The notes: generated by a model from the sequence alone, not told the origin. DNA of 64,000 nt from an uncultured Candidatus Rokubacteria bacterium (GCA_963805625.1 CAWDVE010000010.1:1728001-1792000); one strand, 5' to 3'; positions 22,484 through 33,877 are shown, counted from the first letter of the stretch. Numbers and translations are program-made.

Positions 22484-23263
22484 TCAGCGGCCAAAGCTGG
22501 TTGCACCCATTCGCATGAACTCGATCCGCTTGGCCCCCGGGGGCGGCGCGAAAGCGAACCGGGCATCAGCCACGGCCGGAGCCACGTTCCAGTCGCTCAT
22601 GACCGTGACAACGCTCAGCAGCGCGGGAGTTCCTGTGTCGGTGACGACATACTTGCGCGGCAATGGCCGGCCGCCCTCGGCCACCCAGACCTGAAAGTCG
22701 ACCCCCGGGCGGCTGAAGACCACGTGATCACACTTGACCCCGCCGATGACGGATTTGCCGACCACGGCTGCAAAGGTCACATCCTGCATCAGCAGCCGGA
22801 AAGCGTCGCGGTACACCAGATCACTGACCGGGACGGCGAGGCCGAGCGATTCGCGCGCGAAGCCCAGCACCCCCTCGATCGTCCCGGGTGCAGGCTCCGT
22901 CGCATAGACCTTGTCGGACGGGTTGTACAACGTCAGGGTCTTGCCGTCATAGTAAAAGACCTGGCTGAGCAGATCACCCTTGCGCTCGGCGAGCAGCTTG
23001 TTCGGCCGGCTGATGATCACGTTCGCCGAGACGTCGAAATCGACCCTGTGCCCCGAGTCGAGCACGTCCTCGAGCGTGTTCTGCGTATGCACGCTGAACT
23101 GCTTCAGACTTGCCAGGTAGTCGGTCATCCGCTGCAGGATCTTCGTCGCGGCCGGATCCACCGCCGGTGTCTGTGCCCGGACCTCTGTGGCGACGGTCGC
23201 CGCGAGCGCGAGAGCCCCCAACGCGAACGATGCTGTGGCCATTCTGAACTTCAGTGTATTCAT
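22484..23263 (-). CDS. DUF2092 periplasmic protein (LolA-like)
   Basis: LQRMTDYL..FSV, RPNKL, YYDGKTLTLY, APGTIE, DFQVWV..PLPRKYVVT. Confidence 0.88.
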   Translation of the reverse strand: MNTLKFRMATASFALGALALAATVATEVRAQTPAVDPAATKILQRMTDYLASLKQFSVHTQNTLEDVLDSGHRVDFDVSANVIISRPNKLLAERKGDLLSQVFYYDGKTLTLYNPSDKVYATEPAPGTIEGVLGFARESLGLAVPVSDLVYRDAFRLLMQDVTFAAVVGKSVIGGVKCDHVVFSRPGVDFQVWVAEGGRPLPRKYVVTDTGTPALLSVVTVMSDWNVAPAVADARFAFAPPPGAKRIEFMRMGATSFGR

Positions 23264-23420
23264 CCTGGTCTCCTTCTCCGGTTGGTTCAACCGCGCCGGC
23301 GGCGCGGCGCCTGCCCAGCGGTAGGCACGCCCGTGCGCAGCGCGAGGACCGTAACCGCGCGCCGCTCTTCACTCATCGACACTCGCCGAGTGATCATGCA
23401 CACACCCTAGGCTACCTAAG

Positions 23421-23978
23421 CTAGCGGATACCCACACCGCGGCCGCCGACGCCGACGCCGTGGAAACCGGCTCCAACGCCGCCGCCGGCCCCGATCCAAT
23501 CGATGAACAGCGTGGTCGCGCCGCCATTGGTGGGCATCGTGCCGTTGATAATGCTGTAGCTGTAGACAAGGTCCGGACCATCGACAACGGGCTTGGTGAT
23601 CTTGACCACGACCAGCGTATTGTCAGGTTGTCCCGGCTCATAGACGGATAGCGTGGCGTTCGGTGGGTCCACGCCAAAATTGTCCTTGCCAGCCTTTGCC
23701 GTCCACTCCTTGAGATAGTCGGCCATCTTGATATGCCCGGCGATGCGCTGCGGCCGATCAGAGAAGTACAACGTCTGCTGGTTTACCTTCACCAGCCGGA
23801 TGGTGCTCGCGCCAGGGTCTACCGTGAGATCCTCCGCACTCTGCACGAACATGAGTTGGGGTACGTCGGAAGAGGCAGTCTTGCTTGTCGCACACGCCGC
23901 CAGCGACAGCATTACTGCCGCCAGGAGAAACGCCGATGGGCAGTGCTTCATACGTTTACTGAGGTCTCCGCTGTTCAT
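23421..23978 (-). CDS. Lipoprotein, FSDRP/PPN family, Gly-rich C-terminus
   Basis: Lipobox LAAC; paralogue of 16174-16734. Confidence 0.85.
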   Translation of the reverse strand: MNSGDLSKRMKHCPSAFLLAAVMLSLAACATSKTASSDVPQLMFVQSAEDLTVDPGASTIRLVKVNQQTLYFSDRPQRIAGHIKMADYLKEWTAKAGKDNFGVDPPNATLSVYEPGQPDNTLVVVKITKPVVDGPDLVYSYSIINGTMPTNGGATTLFIDWIGAGGGVGAGFHGVGVGGRGVGIR

Positions 23979-24220
23979 GGTTTGCCTCCTCATCCCTTGT
24001 CCCGCCGATGTCTGAGCGGCTGCGGCCGGCGGCAATCCTCGACACGATTGCTGCTCCGTATTCGTCTGCGCGCGTCCATTACTCAGTCAATCGCCTTGCC
24101 ACCGCGCACGGCCACACCTCGGCTATGGCTTGTAGCTGCATGCCGTCTCGAAGCACGCGTCATACGTGTTCTCCAGATCGTCCTGAACGATTCGCGCATG
24201 GCCGTCCACGGCTCGAATGA

Positions 24221-24580
24221 TCAGATCCCGATCCAGAACCTTGACCCGATACTTCCTACCTTCGCCCAAAGGGCCGCGGGGCACGTATCGCGGGGATTCG
24301 CCTTGTTGTTCAGGTCGGTGGTGTTGTAGAAGGCGGCCTGAAGATCCTTCGTCACGGCGTCGCCGCCGATGAGGAACACATCCGGCGCGTTCACGTTGGT
24401 CTGCTGGCGGCGGGCCATGTCGAACGTCACCAGCGGGTAGCCGTAGATGTAGGCCTCGGTAGCGATGCGGAGCGCCTCCACCGCGCCCAGCGACGGGGCC
24501 TCGTCCGCGCCGGCGACGAGCGGAGCTGTCGCCAGGGCCGCCAGGCACAGGGCGGTAGCTGTGCGTGCGATCGAGTTCAT
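24221..24580 (-). pseudogene. DUF1254 N-terminal fragment fused to unrelated sequence
   Basis: Signal peptide plus IATEAYIYGYPLVTFDMARRQQTNV, then similarity ends. Confidence 0.75.
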
Positions 24581-24701
24581 CCGTGCCCTCCGCTATTGCG
24601 AGCCGCCTTCGAATCGGACAGGTGCGCACGGCTCGGCCCCAAACGGGGCACGATGCCGACATCCTCGGCGCTCTGGCACCGTTCGTCCGCGTACACCCTG
24701 A

Positions 24702-25667
24702 TCAGAAGTGGAGGTCGAGGCCGAGGAACGGCCCCGACATTTCGATATCCGCATTGAGGGTGTGCCGTCCGCTACCCGTCTCGAGGTCGATGTTCATGTA
24801 CCGCCAGCCGGCCACGACGGACGCGCGGGGCCAGAAGCGCCATTCCAGCCCCCCGAGGAGGTTGTACGTGAGCTGCGTCTGGTTGTCCGAGATCCCGAAG
24901 CCCGCCACGTCCCCGCGGAACCAGAGCGCCACCGTGTCCGTGATGTGATAGGTGATGCGGCCGCCGAACATCGGGTCGATCACGCTGGCGCTCTCGGAGA
25001 CCTTCTGGTTCGGAAAGCCGAGCGACGCGTCCATCCAGATGAAGCGACCGCCCGCCAGCGGCTCGAACGTCAGGCGGCCCGCCCGGCCCAGCGACACGGG
25101 GCCGAGGCGGTACGTCCCCCCAAACTCGAAGAAGCCCTGCTGGAGGCCTGTGCTCACGGAGACGCCGTTCTGCGTCTCACTCTTCCCCACACTCATGTAG
25201 AGGAGATCGAGGAACCCGGTCCACTCCCGCCACGTGGCCTCGCCGTGAGCGGCGAAGACGAAATGGAACTGCGGGACGATATCCGCGAAGTCGATCGTGG
25301 TCGACCGGCTGAACTGGCCCACGTCGAGGGTCATCTTCGTACGCGGCGCCCAGAAATAGGGAGCCAGACGGAACTGCCACCCCTCGGCCGACGCCTCCGT
25401 TCCCATTCCGCCGGCCTGGGCGATCAGCACAGATCCCGGCATGAGCGACGCCACCAGGCGTCGATCGGCCACGGCAGCGCCATCGCTTTCCGCGCTCGAC
25501 TCGGACAGTCCAAATGGGCGGCCGGCCGCCCATCCGTCCTCGGCCCGCGCCGTCCACGGGGCGACCCCGATGATCAGGGTCACCAGCCCGAAGCCGGCCC
25601 ATCTCCGACTCCGTGCGAGGAAATACCCCGCGACTCGATCGAGCACGCCTCGTCGTGTGGCCGTCAC
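24702..25667 (-). CDS. Outer-membrane beta-barrel protein (hypothetical)
   Basis: WQFRLAPYFWAP, DPMFGGR, RGDVAGFG, GPFLG; terminal Phe; GGAGGTG RBS. Confidence 0.8.
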   Translation of the reverse strand: MTATRRGVLDRVAGYFLARSRRWAGFGLVTLIIGVAPWTARAEDGWAAGRPFGLSESSAESDGAAVADRRLVASLMPGSVLIAQAGGMGTEASAEGWQFRLAPYFWAPRTKMTLDVGQFSRSTTIDFADIVPQFHFVFAAHGEATWREWTGFLDLLYMSVGKSETQNGVSVSTGLQQGFFEFGGTYRLGPVSLGRAGRLTFEPLAGGRFIWMDASLGFPNQKVSESASVIDPMFGGRITYHITDTVALWFRGDVAGFGISDNQTQLTYNLLGGLEWRFWPRASVVAGWRYMNIDLETGSGRHTLNADIEMSGPFLGLDLHF

Positions 25668-25843
25668 TTGGACACCTCCCGGGTGCTGAGGGTTGACGAG
25701 GCTCCTCGCTCGCCGCGTTGCTCGCTGGGCCTGCCCGAGACGTTCTTCGGCTTCAGCGTCAGCCTCGGTCGGTCCGAGGCGGTCCTCGCAGGGCCCGCCC
25801 CGCGTGGAGGCGAGGCAGGCCCGCGACACTCCTGGGTCACGCG

Positions 25844-28295
25844 CTAGTCGGCCAGCCCCCTTCTTCAGGGCCGCGACCTTGTGGGCCTGCTCCGCCTCGT
25901 CGTGATCGGCGATCTTCACGTCCTTCAGCTCGATCGTCACCTTGGCGATCTTGCCGGTGAACTTGAACGGCACCTTGTAGGCCTCGGTGACCGGCGTGCC
26001 CTCATCCGCGCCGACGTCGGCGCCCTCGTCCGCCGAGAACGCGCAGCACTGGGTGCGGTCGATCCGGCCCGTCGCGACCTTCTGTCCCGTTGACGAAGAG
26101 CGTGCCCATGCCGCCCTTGCCGACGCCGCCGCCGTCATAGGCGAACTCGAAGCGGATGGTCGCCTTCCCGGCAGGCAACGCCTGCTTGGCGGCCACCGTG
26201 TACCGCTGGAGGCCCAGCCAGTTGTAGGTGTACGTCGGCTTGCCGTCCTTCACGTAGAGGCTCCAGCCGCCGAACCGCCCGGCCTGGGCCAGGATCACGC
26301 CGTTGGCCCCGCTCTTCGGGATCTCCACCTCGGCGGTGATCGTGTGCGACCGGTTCTTCACGTTGATGAAGACGTTCTCGGACATCCCGATCATGCCCTG
26401 GTAGACCGTCAGCGACGTGCGGCCGGCCATCAGGTCGGGCCGCCCGACCAGCGCGGCGTTGAGACGCTCCAGCGTCCGGTCATCGAGGGGCAGCACGGAG
26501 TACTTCACCGCTTCCTTCAGGAAGAGGTCCTGCAGCTCCTTGAGCTTCTCGGGGTTCTTCGCGGCCAGGTCGTTCGCCAGGCTGAAGTCCGTCGCGGGTG
26601 TCGTACAGCTCCCACGTGTCGTTCTCGAGCGTCGTCCGGGGCTTGAACTCCCAGGCCGCCCGGTGGACGGTGCCGGCCAGCCAGCCGTCGTGGTAGATGG
26701 CGCGGTTGCCGAAGATCTCGAAGTACTGGGTCGTGTGGCGGCTCGGCGCCTTGGGGTCGGCGAAGGTGTAGGCGAGGCTCACGCCCTCGATGGGGGTCTG
26801 GGGCGTGCCGTTCACGCTCTTCGGCTCGGGCAGGCCGGCCGCCTCCAGGATCGTCGGCGCGATGTCGATGACGTGGTGCCACTGCGATCGCAGCTCGCCC
26901 TTCGCCGTGATGCCGGTGGGCCAGTGGATCACCATCCCGTTGCGCGTGCCGCCGTAGCTCGAGGCGACCTGCTTCGTCCACGCGAAGGGCGTGTCGCCGG
27001 CGACGGCCCACCCGGCGGCGTAGTGCGGGTACGTCGCTGGACCGCCGAGCTCGTCGTAGTGCTTCAGGATGTCCTGGACGGTCTCGTTCACGCCGTTGAA
27101 GTACGTCATCTCGTTGTAGAGCCCGTTCATGCCGCCTTCGGCGCTCGCGCCGTTGTCGCCGACGATGTAGAAGATCGAGCGTGTTGTCGAGCTGGCCGGT
27201 CGCCTCGATGGCCTGGATCAGCCGGCCGATCTCCGTGTCGGCGTACTCGCCGAACCCGGCGAACACCTCCATCTGGCGGGCGAAGAGCTTCTTCTCATCG
27301 GGGGTCAGCGCGGCCCAGTCCTTGATGGCCGCCGGCTTCGGGGCGAGCTTCGTCTCCGGCGGCACCACGCCCAGCCGCTTCTGCCGCGCCAGCGTCTCCT
27401 CGCGCAGCGCGTCCCAGCCCTGGTCGAACTGGCCCTTGTACTTGGCGATCCACGCCTTCGGCACGTGGTGCGGCGCGTGGGTGGCGCCGGGCGCGAAGTA
27501 CATGAAGAACGGCTTGTCCGGCGTAAGGGATTTCTGGTACCCCATCCAGGCGATGGCCTGGTTGGTCATGTCGGTCATGAAATGGTAGTTCGGGTCGTTC
27601 GACGGCTCGACCTGGGTCATGCCGTCATAGAGCAGCGGCGCCCACTGGTTGGTCTCGCCGCCGATGAAGCCGTAGAACTTGTCGAAGCCCGAGCGGGTCG
27701 GCCAGCGGTCGGTCGGGCCGGACGGGCTGACCTCCCAGGCCGCGGTCTCGTGCGACTTGCCGAAGGCGGCGGTGCTGTAGCCGTTCAGCCGCAGCATCTC
27801 CGCCAGCGGCGCCACGCTGTTGGGGCGCTGACCGGTCTGGCCGGGGAAGGTGGTGGCGGTCTCGGCGATCGAGCCGAGGTTGTTCATGTGATGGTTGCGG
27901 CCGCTGAGCAAGGCCGAGCGGGTCGGCGAGCAGAGCGCCGTGGTGTGGAACTCGTTGTAGCGCAGCCCGCTCCGGGCCAGGCGCTCCACCGTCGGCATGT
28001 GGATGGGCCCGCCGAAGGCGCTCGACTGCCCGAACCCCATGTCGTCGATCAGCACGATGAGCACGTTGGGCGCCTTCGCGGGCGCCTTGACCTCGAACCG
28101 CGACGGCGGCGTGGCATTCCGCACGTCGAACACCGTGCTGTGCGGGTACTGGGGTTCCGGGATCGGCAGCACCGTGCGGTCGGTGGGCAGGACCACCTGC
28201 GCGGGGGCGGCCCCCTGGGCGGCCACGGGCGCCGCCGTTGGCGGGGCCAGCATCAGGAATAGGCTGACAGCACAGGTGGCCGACATCCATCTCAT
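25844..28295 (-). pseudogene. Second arylsulfatase, broken by about four single-base insertions (pseudogene or sequencing error)
   Basis: CSPTRSALLSGR motif; continuous homology to sulfatase 1 across frame changes near 27177, 26597, 26085 and 25858. Confidence 0.88.
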
Positions 28296-28472
28296 AGGTT
28301 CGCCCCTTTCTTACCGCGTGACTCATTCCCCGACGCCGGACCGGTCACCGTGTCGACACCTTTACGAGTCTGGACAGCCTGGACAGCACCTCGCAGTCCC
28401 GCTTTGCGCAGCCTGCGCTCACCGTCAACACCCGGGGTCGAGGAACGAGAGACCCACCCGTCCATGCCGCCG

Positions 28473-29162
28473 CTATCGGAACCGATAGCCGACGCCGAAC
28501 AGCACGGCATTTGTGTCGAGATCCACGTCGACGGTGGTCTTCTGGCCGTTCCTCCGCCCCTCGGGCGAGTCGTTCACGTGCGTGAACCGGTACTCCACGA
28601 ACAGGGCCCAGTTCGGCAGGAACTCGTAGGCCACTCCCGCTCGGAGGTCGACGCCCACTGCGAAGCCCTCGTCCGAGATATCGCCTGCGCCCGACCGTAA
28701 CTGCACCGTCGCCTTCTGGTGGAAGATGCCCGGCCCGATGCCGAGGTAGGGCTGCAGCCGGCCGTTCGGATGCTCCGGGCTGTCGAGCAACGGCCAGCGG
28801 AACATGGCCAGCGGGGTGACCGGCAGCGTCTGGATCTTCAGCTTCGCGACATTGCCGGTCCCGCCCGACGGGCTGTATTCCGGCTCGAAGTACGAGATGT
28901 CCAGGGCCACGCCGAGCCAGCGCACGCCCTGTCGGTCGAACCAGTAGCCGCCACGACCGCCCACGGTTGGGACGGTGTCCGAGTGGCCCCGCACCGTTTC
29001 CCGCGTCCCCCCCTCACTCGTGACCGTCAGGTCGGGGTCCATGGGGAACGCTGCCCCCCCATAGAGATCGAAGAACCACTCGGCGGAGGCGGAGCCGCCC
29101 CCGAGGACGAATACGAGAAATCCCACTCCAACAGCTACCCACGTGGTGCGCGCTCGTCTCAC
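28473..29162 (-). CDS. Outer-membrane beta-barrel (OmpA/porin-like) protein
   Basis: Signal peptide; LQPYLGIGPG, LFVEYRFTH, FGVGYRF. Confidence 0.85.
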   Translation of the reverse strand: MRRARTTWVAVGVGFLVFVLGGGSASAEWFFDLYGGAAFPMDPDLTVTSEGGTRETVRGHSDTVPTVGGRGGYWFDRQGVRWLGVALDISYFEPEYSPSGGTGNVAKLKIQTLPVTPLAMFRWPLLDSPEHPNGRLQPYLGIGPGIFHQKATVQLRSGAGDISDEGFAVGVDLRAGVAYEFLPNWALFVEYRFTHVNDSPEGRRNGQKTTVDVDLDTNAVLFGVGYRFR

Positions 29163-29342
29163 CAGAGGTCCTCCTCAGTTGGTTGTTTACGACTCACCCC
29201 AGCGCTCCGCGGCGAGCCCCGATCGCTCGCCCGTACGGCCGCTACGGGCCCGAAGCAGCTCGCCTCGCGCGTCCCGTGCTCGACCGTCCCGTATCGATGT
29301 CATATCTCGCACTCAATTTGTCGCACTCCGGAGGAGGGACAT

Positions 29343-29364
29343 CTACTGGACTTTGGTCCAGTAG
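29343..29364. promoter_or_regulatory. Palindromic operator CTACTGGAC-N4-GTCCAGTAG
   Basis: Perfect 9-bp inverted repeat in a divergent intergenic region next to the two-component genes. Confidence 0.65.
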
Positions 29365-29388
29365 CGGGCGCTTCGCGCATCTCTGATC

Positions 29389-29790
29389 ATGGTGTCCTGG
29401 GATGGTAGCCGAGTGAACGCACACACGGTCGCGCTCGTCGACGATGACGCGGCGGTCCGGAAGGCCCTCGCCCGCCTCCTCCGCGGCGCGGGTTTCACGG
29501 TGACGCCCTTCGCGTCTGCCGAGGAGTTCCTTGCGCACCCGGTCGGCTCCACGCCGGACTGTCTCGTCCTGGATGTCAACCTGACGGGGATGAGCGGCGT
29601 GGAACTCGGCCAGGCCGTGCACGAGACCGGCAGGACGATCCCGATCGTGTTCATCACGGCGGGCGACGACGCCCGCAGTCGCGAGGCATTGAGGAGCGCC
29701 GGAGTCGCCACCTGGCTGCGCAAGCCACTCGGTCGGTCCACGTTGATCGAGGCGGTCAGGCGCGCGATCGAATCAAAGGCGAGCGACTAG
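29389..29790 (+). CDS. Single-domain response regulator
   Basis: VALVDDD, CLVLDVNL, VFITA, LRKP. Confidence 0.9.
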   Translation: MVSWDGSRVNAHTVALVDDDAAVRKALARLLRGAGFTVTPFASAEEFLAHPVGSTPDCLVLDVNLTGMSGVELGQAVHETGRTIPIVFITAGDDARSREALRSAGVATWLRKPLGRSTLIEAVRRAIESKASD

Positions 29791-29905
29791 CAGCTCGGCA
29801 AGCTCGAGAGGTCTGGGGTATGCACGACCTGGCAACTCTGGAGCGCTCGCCGCCCCGGTGTCCGATCCGCGGAGGGCTGCCCGGTGTGCGAGAGCTCCGT
29901 GAAGG

Positions 29906-30503
29906 TCAGCCGAGACGGGCGCGGTCAACGAGGCGGACGAGCTCGGCGACCGAGCCGACGCCGAGCTTCTCCATGACGTGGGCGCGGTGCCACTTGGTGG
30001 TCTTCTCGCCGGTGCCCAGCTCGGCGGCGATCTGCTTGTTCAGCATGCCCGTCGCCACGAGGTCACAGACCTGACGCTCCCGCGGCGTCAGGCGTGCCAT
30101 GCGCGCCCGGGCCACGTCTCGTTCGGCTTGCTCGGCCCGTGCCGCCGCGGCGCGGGTCAGGGCCTGCTCGATAGCCCGGAGGAGGTCGCGGTTCTGTACC
30201 GGCTTGGTGAGAAAGTCGATCGCGCCGGCCTTCATGGCCTTCACGCTCGCCGGGATGTCCCCGTGGCCGCTGATGAAGACGACCGGGATGGTGTGACCCG
30301 CGCGCTCCAGGGCCTCCTGCAGCTCGAGACCGGTCATCTCCGGCATTCGCAGGTCGAGGACCAGACAGCCGGGCCCGTCGTACCGCTCGCGGGCGAGGAA
30401 CTCGCGCGCCGAGGCGAACGCCTCGACCGTGTGGCCAGCCGACCGGAGTAGCCGGACGAGCGCCTTGCGGACGCCCGCGTCGTCGTCAACCAGGAAGATC
30501 AGC
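29906..30503 (-). CDS. FixJ/LuxR-family response regulator (start codon anomalous)
   Basis: LIFLVDDDAGVRKAL..CLVLDLRMPEMTG..DFLTKP..LTPRERQV..NKQIA; in-frame TAG a few codons upstream with no ATG/GTG. Confidence 0.85.
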
Positions 30504-33440
30504 GGTCGGTCCCGGTGGCTCGGCTACGGCCAAACCGGCCGGCAGGCGGACCCGGAAGATCGCGCCCCCGGCGGCGGCGTTCTCGACGGCGATCCGGCCG
30601 CCGTACGCCTCGACGATCGACCGGCTGATGGAGAGCCCGACCCCGAGCCCCTCACCCTTGGTGGTGAAGAATGGCTCGAAGACCTGGCGGAGGTCGCTCT
30701 CGGCGATCCCCTTGCCCGAGTCCTGCACGGCCACCTCGAGGCCGCCGTCCACGTTCCTTGTGCGCACGACCAGCCGCCGCCGAGGCGGGGGTTCGTCGGC
30801 GATCGCGTGGAGCCCGTTGACGAGCAGGTTCAGCAGGACCTGCTGAAGCTGGACGGCATCGCCCCTGACCGTCGGCTCCGTGGGCGTCAGATCGAGCTCG
30901 ATCAAGGCCCCCCGGAGCAGGGCGTCGTTGGCGACCAGACGAGTGACCTCGCGGACGATCCCATTCAGGTCGACGACCTCCGAACGGAGCTCTCCCTTCT
31001 TGAGCAGCCCTCGCATCCGCCGGATCACCTCGCCCGCCCGGATGTCCTCGGCGATGATGTCGTCCACGGTCTCTCGGACCTCCGCGAGATCCGGGGACGG
31101 GGTCGCGAGCCACTGTTGCGCCGCCTCCGCGTTCGCCAGGATCGCGGTGAGCGGCTGGTTCAGCTCGTGGGCGAGCGCGGAGGCCAGCTCCCCCACGGCG
31201 GCGACGCGCTCCAGATGCGCCAGGGCGCCGAGAGTCCGTCGTGCTTCGGCTTCGGCGTGCTTCCGCTCGGTGATGTCCCGGTGCACGATGACGGCCTCCC
31301 CGCCGGCGTGTTCCAGCCGGCGGACCTGCATCTCGAACCAGCGGTCCTCTTCCGGCCCTCCGCCGAAGTACTCCAGCGTCTCCCCCTCGGTCCCGCCCTT
31401 CAAAACCGACTCGATCATGGCGAGCGCTCGGCCAGCGATCGGATCGGACGCCTGGGCGGCCCGGCGGCACACTTCCAGGTAGTTGGCGCCAACCGACAGC
31501 CGCGGGTTCCCCTCGCCGCCGTGCTGACGCGCGAAGGCCGACCACTCCTCGTTGACGTGGAGAATGACCCCGTCGCCGTCGATGACCGCCAGCTCGCTCG
31601 GGAGCGCGGCCAGCACCGCCCGGTTGAGGGCCTCGCTGCGATGCAGCGCGGCCTCCGCCTGCGTCCGGACCAGCGCGCCCGCGAACACTTCTCCGACCGT
31701 CCGGAGGCGCTGGACGACCTCGTCCGGCCACGCGCGCTCGCGTCCATAGGTCATGCAAGCGATCACGCCGGCCGCCGTGCCGTCGACGTCGAGGGGGACC
31801 GCGACCAGCGACCGGACCCCGCTCCTCGTGAAGCTCTGTCGGTCCACACTCGCCTCCGCCCGCAGCTCGTCCAGGCTCCGGAAGCGGAGCGTCTCGCCCC
31901 GCATCACGCTCGCTCGCAGGAACGGAAGGTCGTCGAGGGAGACCGAGGCGAGCGGGGTAACGTGGTCGTCGTCCCTCCAAGAGAGGGCGACAGGGGCGGC
32001 GCCGGCATGCTTCGGGATCTCCCAGAGGCTTGCGCCCTCCGCCTCGAGTACGCCGGCGACCCGGCGGAGACCCTCACGAACCGGGCCGTCGACGGACCTC
32101 GCAGGGACGGTCGGCGCCGGGCCAGGGTCGCGCAGCGCGCCACGCGGCAGCTCGGTGAAGCTCGCGGAGATCTCGGCCAGCAACGTCTCGAAGCGCAGGC
32201 GATCCTCGAGCGCGGCCTGCGCGCGCCGCCGCCGCCGCCGCTCGAAGAGCAGGCCCACGACGACGAGGGTCTGACTGACGAGCAACGCGAGCGCCGAGAC
32301 GATCCCCCACCGGTATTGCTCCCACAGGGTCGGCTCGCGGTAGAGCACGCGGCTGCCGGGCGGCAGCCGGTTCTCGTCGAGACGCCAGCGCCGGAGCTGC
32401 CGCCAGTCGACGACGACCTGCGGGCTCACCTGGCTGGCCCCCCACGGCGGCACCGCCTCGCCGCGAAGGACGCGCACCGCGACCCGGCCCGCTTCCGCGC
32501 TCAGCTCCTGGAGGTCGACCATCGAGCCCCCCACGGCGCCAGCCCCAACCGTCGGGCTGAACACGGAGAACACGGGGCAGTTGGCCGCGGCCGACACCCT
32601 GGGCAGGAAATCAAGCCCGACGAGGGATCGGCCGGCACCGTCGATCCAGACCTGGGACACCAAGAGGATCGAGCGTTCGGGAAGCGCGGCGACGCGCGTC
32701 AGCATCTCCTCGAGGCTCAGGCCGGCCAAGTCCATCAGCTCCAGCCGGTCGCCGAAGGCCCGAAGCCGCTCCCGGTGCAGATCGGCGAAGAGCCGATTCT
32801 CCGGCGACACGCCGCTGATCAACGCCACCCGCTGTGTCTTCGGCAGCAGCCGGAGAGCCAGGCGCACCGTGCCCTCAACGTCGTACCGCATCGGGATGGC
32901 GGCCATCGTTGGAGGAAGCTCGAGCCGGGTCAGCAAGAGCTCGTCCACCCCGGCCACCACGACCGGCACCCCAGGCCAGAGGCCACCGCCCCAGCGGGCC
33001 AGGAACCCGAGGGGAGAGGGTAGAAAGGTGACGATGGCATCGAGCGTCACGCCGTCGTACTTCGCGCGAAACGCATCACGAACCCTGCGCTCGACGTCTG
33101 CCCCCTGGTAGCGTTGGGTGTCCACGTGCTCGCTGTAGATGCTGACGCGGGACCCCCAGGTCGTGACGAGCGGCCCGCGCATCCCAGCCAGCAGGAGCTG
33201 GGTCCCCGGAAGGGTCGGCTGATCCGGGAGCAGGATGAGGACGGCCTTCGGGGATCCCGCCTCCTCCGCTACCAGGGCACCGGGGGCGAGTAGACCGAGC
33301 GCCATGAGGGCCGGGAGAGCCGACCGGGCGCTCCGGCCCACGAAGCGCAAGGAAACCAGACATGCGGAGACGACGACGCGGTGCGACCCACCCGCCGCAG
33401 GTCGTGGCACCCGCGGAATGTCCGGTGCAGCCACAAGCAT
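30486..33440 (-). CDS. Membrane sensor histidine kinase (periplasmic SBP-like, GAF and PAS domains; FixL/NodV-like)
   Basis: LAHELNQPL, QQVLLNLLVNG, DSGKGI, FFTTKGEGLGVGL; start uncertain. Confidence 0.92.
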   Translation of the reverse strand: MLVAAPDIPRVPRPAAGGSHRVVVSACLVSLRFVGRSARSALPALMALGLLAPGALVAEEAGSPKAVLILLPDQPTLPGTQLLLAGMRGPLVTTWGSRVSIYSEHVDTQRYQGADVERRVRDAFRAKYDGVTLDAIVTFLPSPLGFLARWGGGLWPGVPVVVAGVDELLLTRLELPPTMAAIPMRYDVEGTVRLALRLLPKTQRVALISGVSPENRLFADLHRERLRAFGDRLELMDLAGLSLEEMLTRVAALPERSILLVSQVWIDGAGRSLVGLDFLPRVSAAANCPVFSVFSPTVGAGAVGGSMVDLQELSAEAGRVAVRVLRGEAVPPWGASQVSPQVVVDWRQLRRWRLDENRLPPGSRVLYREPTLWEQYRWGIVSALALLVSQTLVVVGLLFERRRRRRAQAALEDRLRFETLLAEISASFTELPRGALRDPGPAPTVPARSVDGPVREGLRRVAGVLEAEGASLWEIPKHAGAAPVALSWRDDDHVTPLASVSLDDLPFLRASVMRGETLRFRSLDELRAEASVDRQSFTRSGVRSLVAVPLDVDGTAAGVIACMTYGRERAWPDEVVQRLRTVGEVFAGALVRTQAEAALHRSEALNRAVLAALPSELAVIDGDGVILHVNEEWSAFARQHGGEGNPRLSVGANYLEVCRRAAQASDPIAGRALAMIESVLKGGTEGETLEYFGGGPEEDRWFEMQVRRLEHAGGEAVIVHRDITERKHAEAEARRTLGALAHLERVAAVGELASALAHELNQPLTAILANAEAAQQWLATPSPDLAEVRETVDDIIAEDIRAGEVIRRMRGLLKKGELRSEVVDLNGIVREVTRLVANDALLRGALIELDLTPTEPTVRGDAVQLQQVLLNLLVNGLHAIADEPPPRRRLVVRTRNVDGGLEVAVQDSGKGIAESDLRQVFEPFFTTKGEGLGVGLSISRSIVEAYGGRIAVENAAAGGAIFRVRLPAGLAVAEPPGPTADLPG

Positions 33441-33877
33441 GTGTGAGGCGTAGCCCCCTTGGCCGTAGCCCCATGGCTTGTAGGGAGCCAGGGTGATCAT
33501 CAGCGACCGTGGCCGTGTCGGCCACCCCACCGGGATTATCGCAGAACTGTCACGAGAGCTCCAACCCGACGCCCAGAGCCCGCCGACGTCAGCAGGAACG
33601 CGGGGACTGACGGCCCAAGGCGCGGCAGATCGTAGGGGGGCGCCCGCCGAACAATACGTCCGACCCCGGGCATCACGCAGTGCGCTAGGCAGCACCGAGC
33701 CTGTGGACGAGCGAGAGACTCATCGACAGGCCGCGTCCGACGCCGACGAATCACTCGGATCATCCCGCGAATGACAGCGGTGACGATTACCTGCTGAGCT
33801 TGTGTCTCTAGGGCTGCCGAGGATGAGTGGCCGGTTGAGCTTCGCTGAATGCCAGTCGGGGAGTCTGGCAATCGCAC

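Noticed and set aside
24702-26138. 478-aa sulfatase/beta-barrel fusion ORF
   Set aside because: Artefact of an extra G near 25858 that bypasses the sulfatase stop; the barrel has its own RBS and GTG at 25667.
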